Assembly: GCA_951406725.2 (NCBI GenBank)
Contig: OX597826.1
Span: 68,510,001-68,574,000, forward strand
DNA from: Octopus vulgaris
Taxonomy: Eukaryota
DNA length: 64,000 nt
Direction of reading: 5' to 3'
Shown here: positions 61,025 to 64,000 of the stretch, in pieces
Layout of the letters: every line of letters begins with the position of its first letter
Position numbering within the stretch: the first letter of the stretch is position 1
Translations under genes and position numbers: made by a program
Notes under the pieces: generated by a model
Databases searched by the model: none
Seen by the model: only the letters and a program-made list of their open reading frames with translations
Told to the model about the DNA's origin: nothing

Positions 61025-61566
61025 TTTTTGAAAGTAGTGGTTTTCTGATTGCAGCCCTGCCGTGAAATCCGGCTTTGTGCAGTTTTTCTGGAACAGTCTT
61101 TGTCGAAACTGGGCTCTCGGGGTGGTCGTTAAGCTCTGCAGTGATTTTAGGAGCTGTACTTTTGTGATCCTTTCTAACAATTCGCGTAAGAGTCCGACGG
61201 TACCTATCTGTAAGTTTTGGTTTTCTTCCGGAGTTTTGTTACGAAGAGGGTTTTTTTTCCCTCTTTCTCGAAGACAGTACGTCTTGAGACACCAAATATT
61301 TCGACTGTTTACGCTAGTGTCTGCCACACGAGCACCAACAATTGTACCTCTTTGAAATTCCGGCAGATCTGTCATTTTAATGAATTTTAATTACCTTTTT
61401 CTGGTGATATCTGAAAAGAAACAACAATTTTAGCAAAACATATTAAGCAACGCTAATAATAAATAAAAGAACATACAAATAAACAAGCTTTTGACGGTTT
61501 TATAGATATTCCAAAAGTATGATGCTATGATGTTAGGTGTTTCCATTATTTTGTCCAACCACTGTA
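61025..61566 (-). mobile_element. Tc1 transposon 5' part (paired-like HTH region and terminal repeat)
   Basis: MTDLPEFQRGTIVGAR; in another frame KPKLTDR..RTLTRIVRKDHKSTAPKITAELN...GFHGRAAIRKPLLSK. Terminus TA-CAGTGGTTGGACAAAATAATGGAAAC. Confidence 0.85.
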
Positions 61567-63396
61567 TATGTGTTTGTGTCTGTCTGCCTGTCTGTGTGTG
61601 TTTGAATTTCTGAATGCGTGCGCTTTCGTATTTTTGTTTGTCCCCTGCTGTTTGACATTTAGTATTAATTTGTTTTTGGCCCTAAATCTAAAATAAATAC
61701 TGAAGTGGATTTTGTTGGCTAAATCCTTTTGGGAAATGCCCCAGTATGGCCGTATACCAATATCTGAAACAGGTTTAAAAAAAAGAAATAAAACAAGAAA
61801 ACTCATTAGTAGTTATTTCGTGTTCATGGTTCCTTATTTATTTGAAAGACAGAACACGCATCCACACACATACGTACATATTATAGATATATACGTACGT
61901 ACTAACATATGTGTGTTTGTGTATGTGTACATTTATAATCTCCATATCTCATTCTGCTCATCCTTCGTTTTCCATTTTAGATCCGATAGTGTCGATTTTT
62001 TTCTAAGAATATCCATTGATTCTCTGAAATGATCTATTACCTTTCAAACCGTCACATATCAGCGTGTTAGTTCGGAGGATTTTGGTACGTGAGTTAGTTA
62101 CAAAATTCAATGGTACCATTTTTGGTATTTTATTTTTATTTTTGAAAAATAACATTTGACAAGCAGTCTTCCATAATTTCTTCTCATAGAATAAAGCATC
62201 GTAGAATATCAAATTTGTTAAGTAGAATGTGATGCCTTTTTAATACTTTCCTTCTGTCACAACCTTTCGTGTTCAATTCAAATGCTGCGAACTTTCTGCT
62301 GTTCTTGCTTGTCTCAAAATCCGGTCTAATAATATAGAATCGTGTGATGTCTTTCCTACTTCATTAAAATAACTTAATGGATACCGCGATGCTTTTAATG
62401 TTCAAATGAATCTCTGGACTGCTCAGAATTCATTCAGTGATTTCACTCCTAATGATTCATTCATTTTGTTCTAAATTTACAAACTATTTATCTTTCCTTT
62501 CCTTTCATTTCATTTATCATCGTATTAATAATCTATCTACATTCATTTACCAAATTCTCCGTCTTTGCTTATTTTGTTATCTTCCGCTTCGTCACCTCGT
62601 GAACTATTGTCTGTTCACCTCAGCTAACGGCGTAATCCAATTGCAAACTGTACGCCTTAACAACTGGAATATTAAGGAAGAACTTACTAAATTGTTTCAC
62701 ACAAGTTGTAGCTTATGGATTATTTGCTATGCACACAATTTTATTGATTTGATGGAGGTAACGAAAGAATTGCGGGAGTGGTTGTTCAATGTATTAGAAA
62801 GAACAGGTAAATCATCTTTAAATGACACAGTAGCGACTTAAAAAAGTAGGCCACATCCAGATTAGATGAGGAGATCCTACCTACATTCAACCTAGAGAGG
62901 ATAAAAAATATTCATGGTTGAATTGTCCTTGCACATAACTGACGTCAATAAAAGGCTGACCAAAAGCTTAGCATCCACGATAAACTGGAGTGATTTAGAA
63001 AATGCGGCCCAAGATACACTGTACCTGACAAAATATTGAGATATTTCGAGCTAAAATATAGTTGCTAGGAGTTCGTTTTGATTAGGGTTAATCAACAACA
63101 AGATTGAATGAATAAAAAAATCGCTGTCTTGAGGACAAACTGTAAGGCTAGTTTTCTTCATCGTTTTCTGACTACAAGACACTAAGAATCTCATAGACAT
63201 TATTTTCATCTACAGAATAAGCCATATGAGCGTGTACTTACACACACACACACGCACATACACACACACACACACATATATATATATTTATATATATGCT
63301 TGTATGTATGCATATATATATATGTGCATGTATGTATGTGTGTGTGTCTCTCTCACTCTGTATATATATATATAAATATCTACTATCTCTAAATGA

Positions 63397-63433
<37 letters not shown>

Positions 63434-63455
63434 GTATATATATATATATATATAC

Positions 63456-63503
<48 letters not shown>

Positions 63504-63509
63504 GTATAT

Positions 63510-63940
63510 ATACGTTGCAGCCGGTTTTTCAAACTGAGCGGTTGTAAACTCTATTTGGCTCTTTTCTTTTTACCTTCTCTATGTCTCTGCTACCTGACGA
63601 ATGATTGAATCCGAAACGTTAGATATTCTACTCCTCACTGTACTCCTTTAACTTTTTCTATATTTTATCAAGTCTTACCGACGCAAAACTACTAGATTAT
63701 TTTTGGATTATATATACATTTCAAAATGTAACCACATGTGGATCGTTGCCAATTTTTTCCATCCGTCTTCTTTTTGTCTTGGACTTTCCTCCGTCACCTG
63801 TTTCCGACGAAGAGCTTTGCTCGAAACGTAAAACTACCTTTCTTTCCTTCCCTGAGCCTCTGCTAATACTTTTCATGTACCACGTACTCGCGTTGTTGTT
63901 TTTTCTTGTATAGTTTGTTCTTCGTTTGTTTTGGATTATA
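63510..63940 (+). mobile_element. Two head-to-tail short elements, each with a hammerhead-like motif (63594 and 63804)
   Basis: CTGACGA-atgattgaatcc-GAAAC-GTT at 63594-63620, second motif at 63800. Both units end tttggatta followed by (TA)n. Confidence 0.5.
63800..63834 (+). ncRNA. Hammerhead-like motif with loopless stem III (U4C variant)
   Basis: gttt-CCGACGA-a-gagc(ttt)gctc-GAAAC-GTA-aaac. Confidence 0.5.
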
Positions 63941-64000
63941 TATATAGGGAGAATTCATGATAAACACAAAAGAAGAAGACAGGTGGTGTAGAAAACAAAC

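Noticed and set aside
62640-63100. hAT-like transposase relic (WIICYAHNF)
   Set aside because: Only one weak motif; cannot be supported without a profile search.

Overview
This is AT-rich, microsatellite-saturated animal genomic DNA with no intact protein-coding gene that I can see. It is most likely from an octopus: the tandem C2H2 fingers of type [17 protein letters not shown], the dense tRNA-derived SINE families and the (TA)n/(TAGA)n/(CA)n load fit, but this is an inference. Almost all listed ORFs are microsatellite artefacts. The recognisable content is a 5-finger C2H2 zinc-finger fragment, several SINE families (often nested or multimeric), and decayed mariner, Tc1, R4/Dong, RTE, CR1/L2 and Penelope-like elements. 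The most interesting signal is RNA-level. A near-perfect 261-bp inverted repeat (49261-49866), inserted in (TA)n, carries an intact minimal type I hammerhead ribozyme in each arm. At least seven further hammerhead-like motifs lie in short elements elsewhere in the window, many of them next to (TA)n. All calls come from reading the sequence by eye; no searches or folding programs were run.
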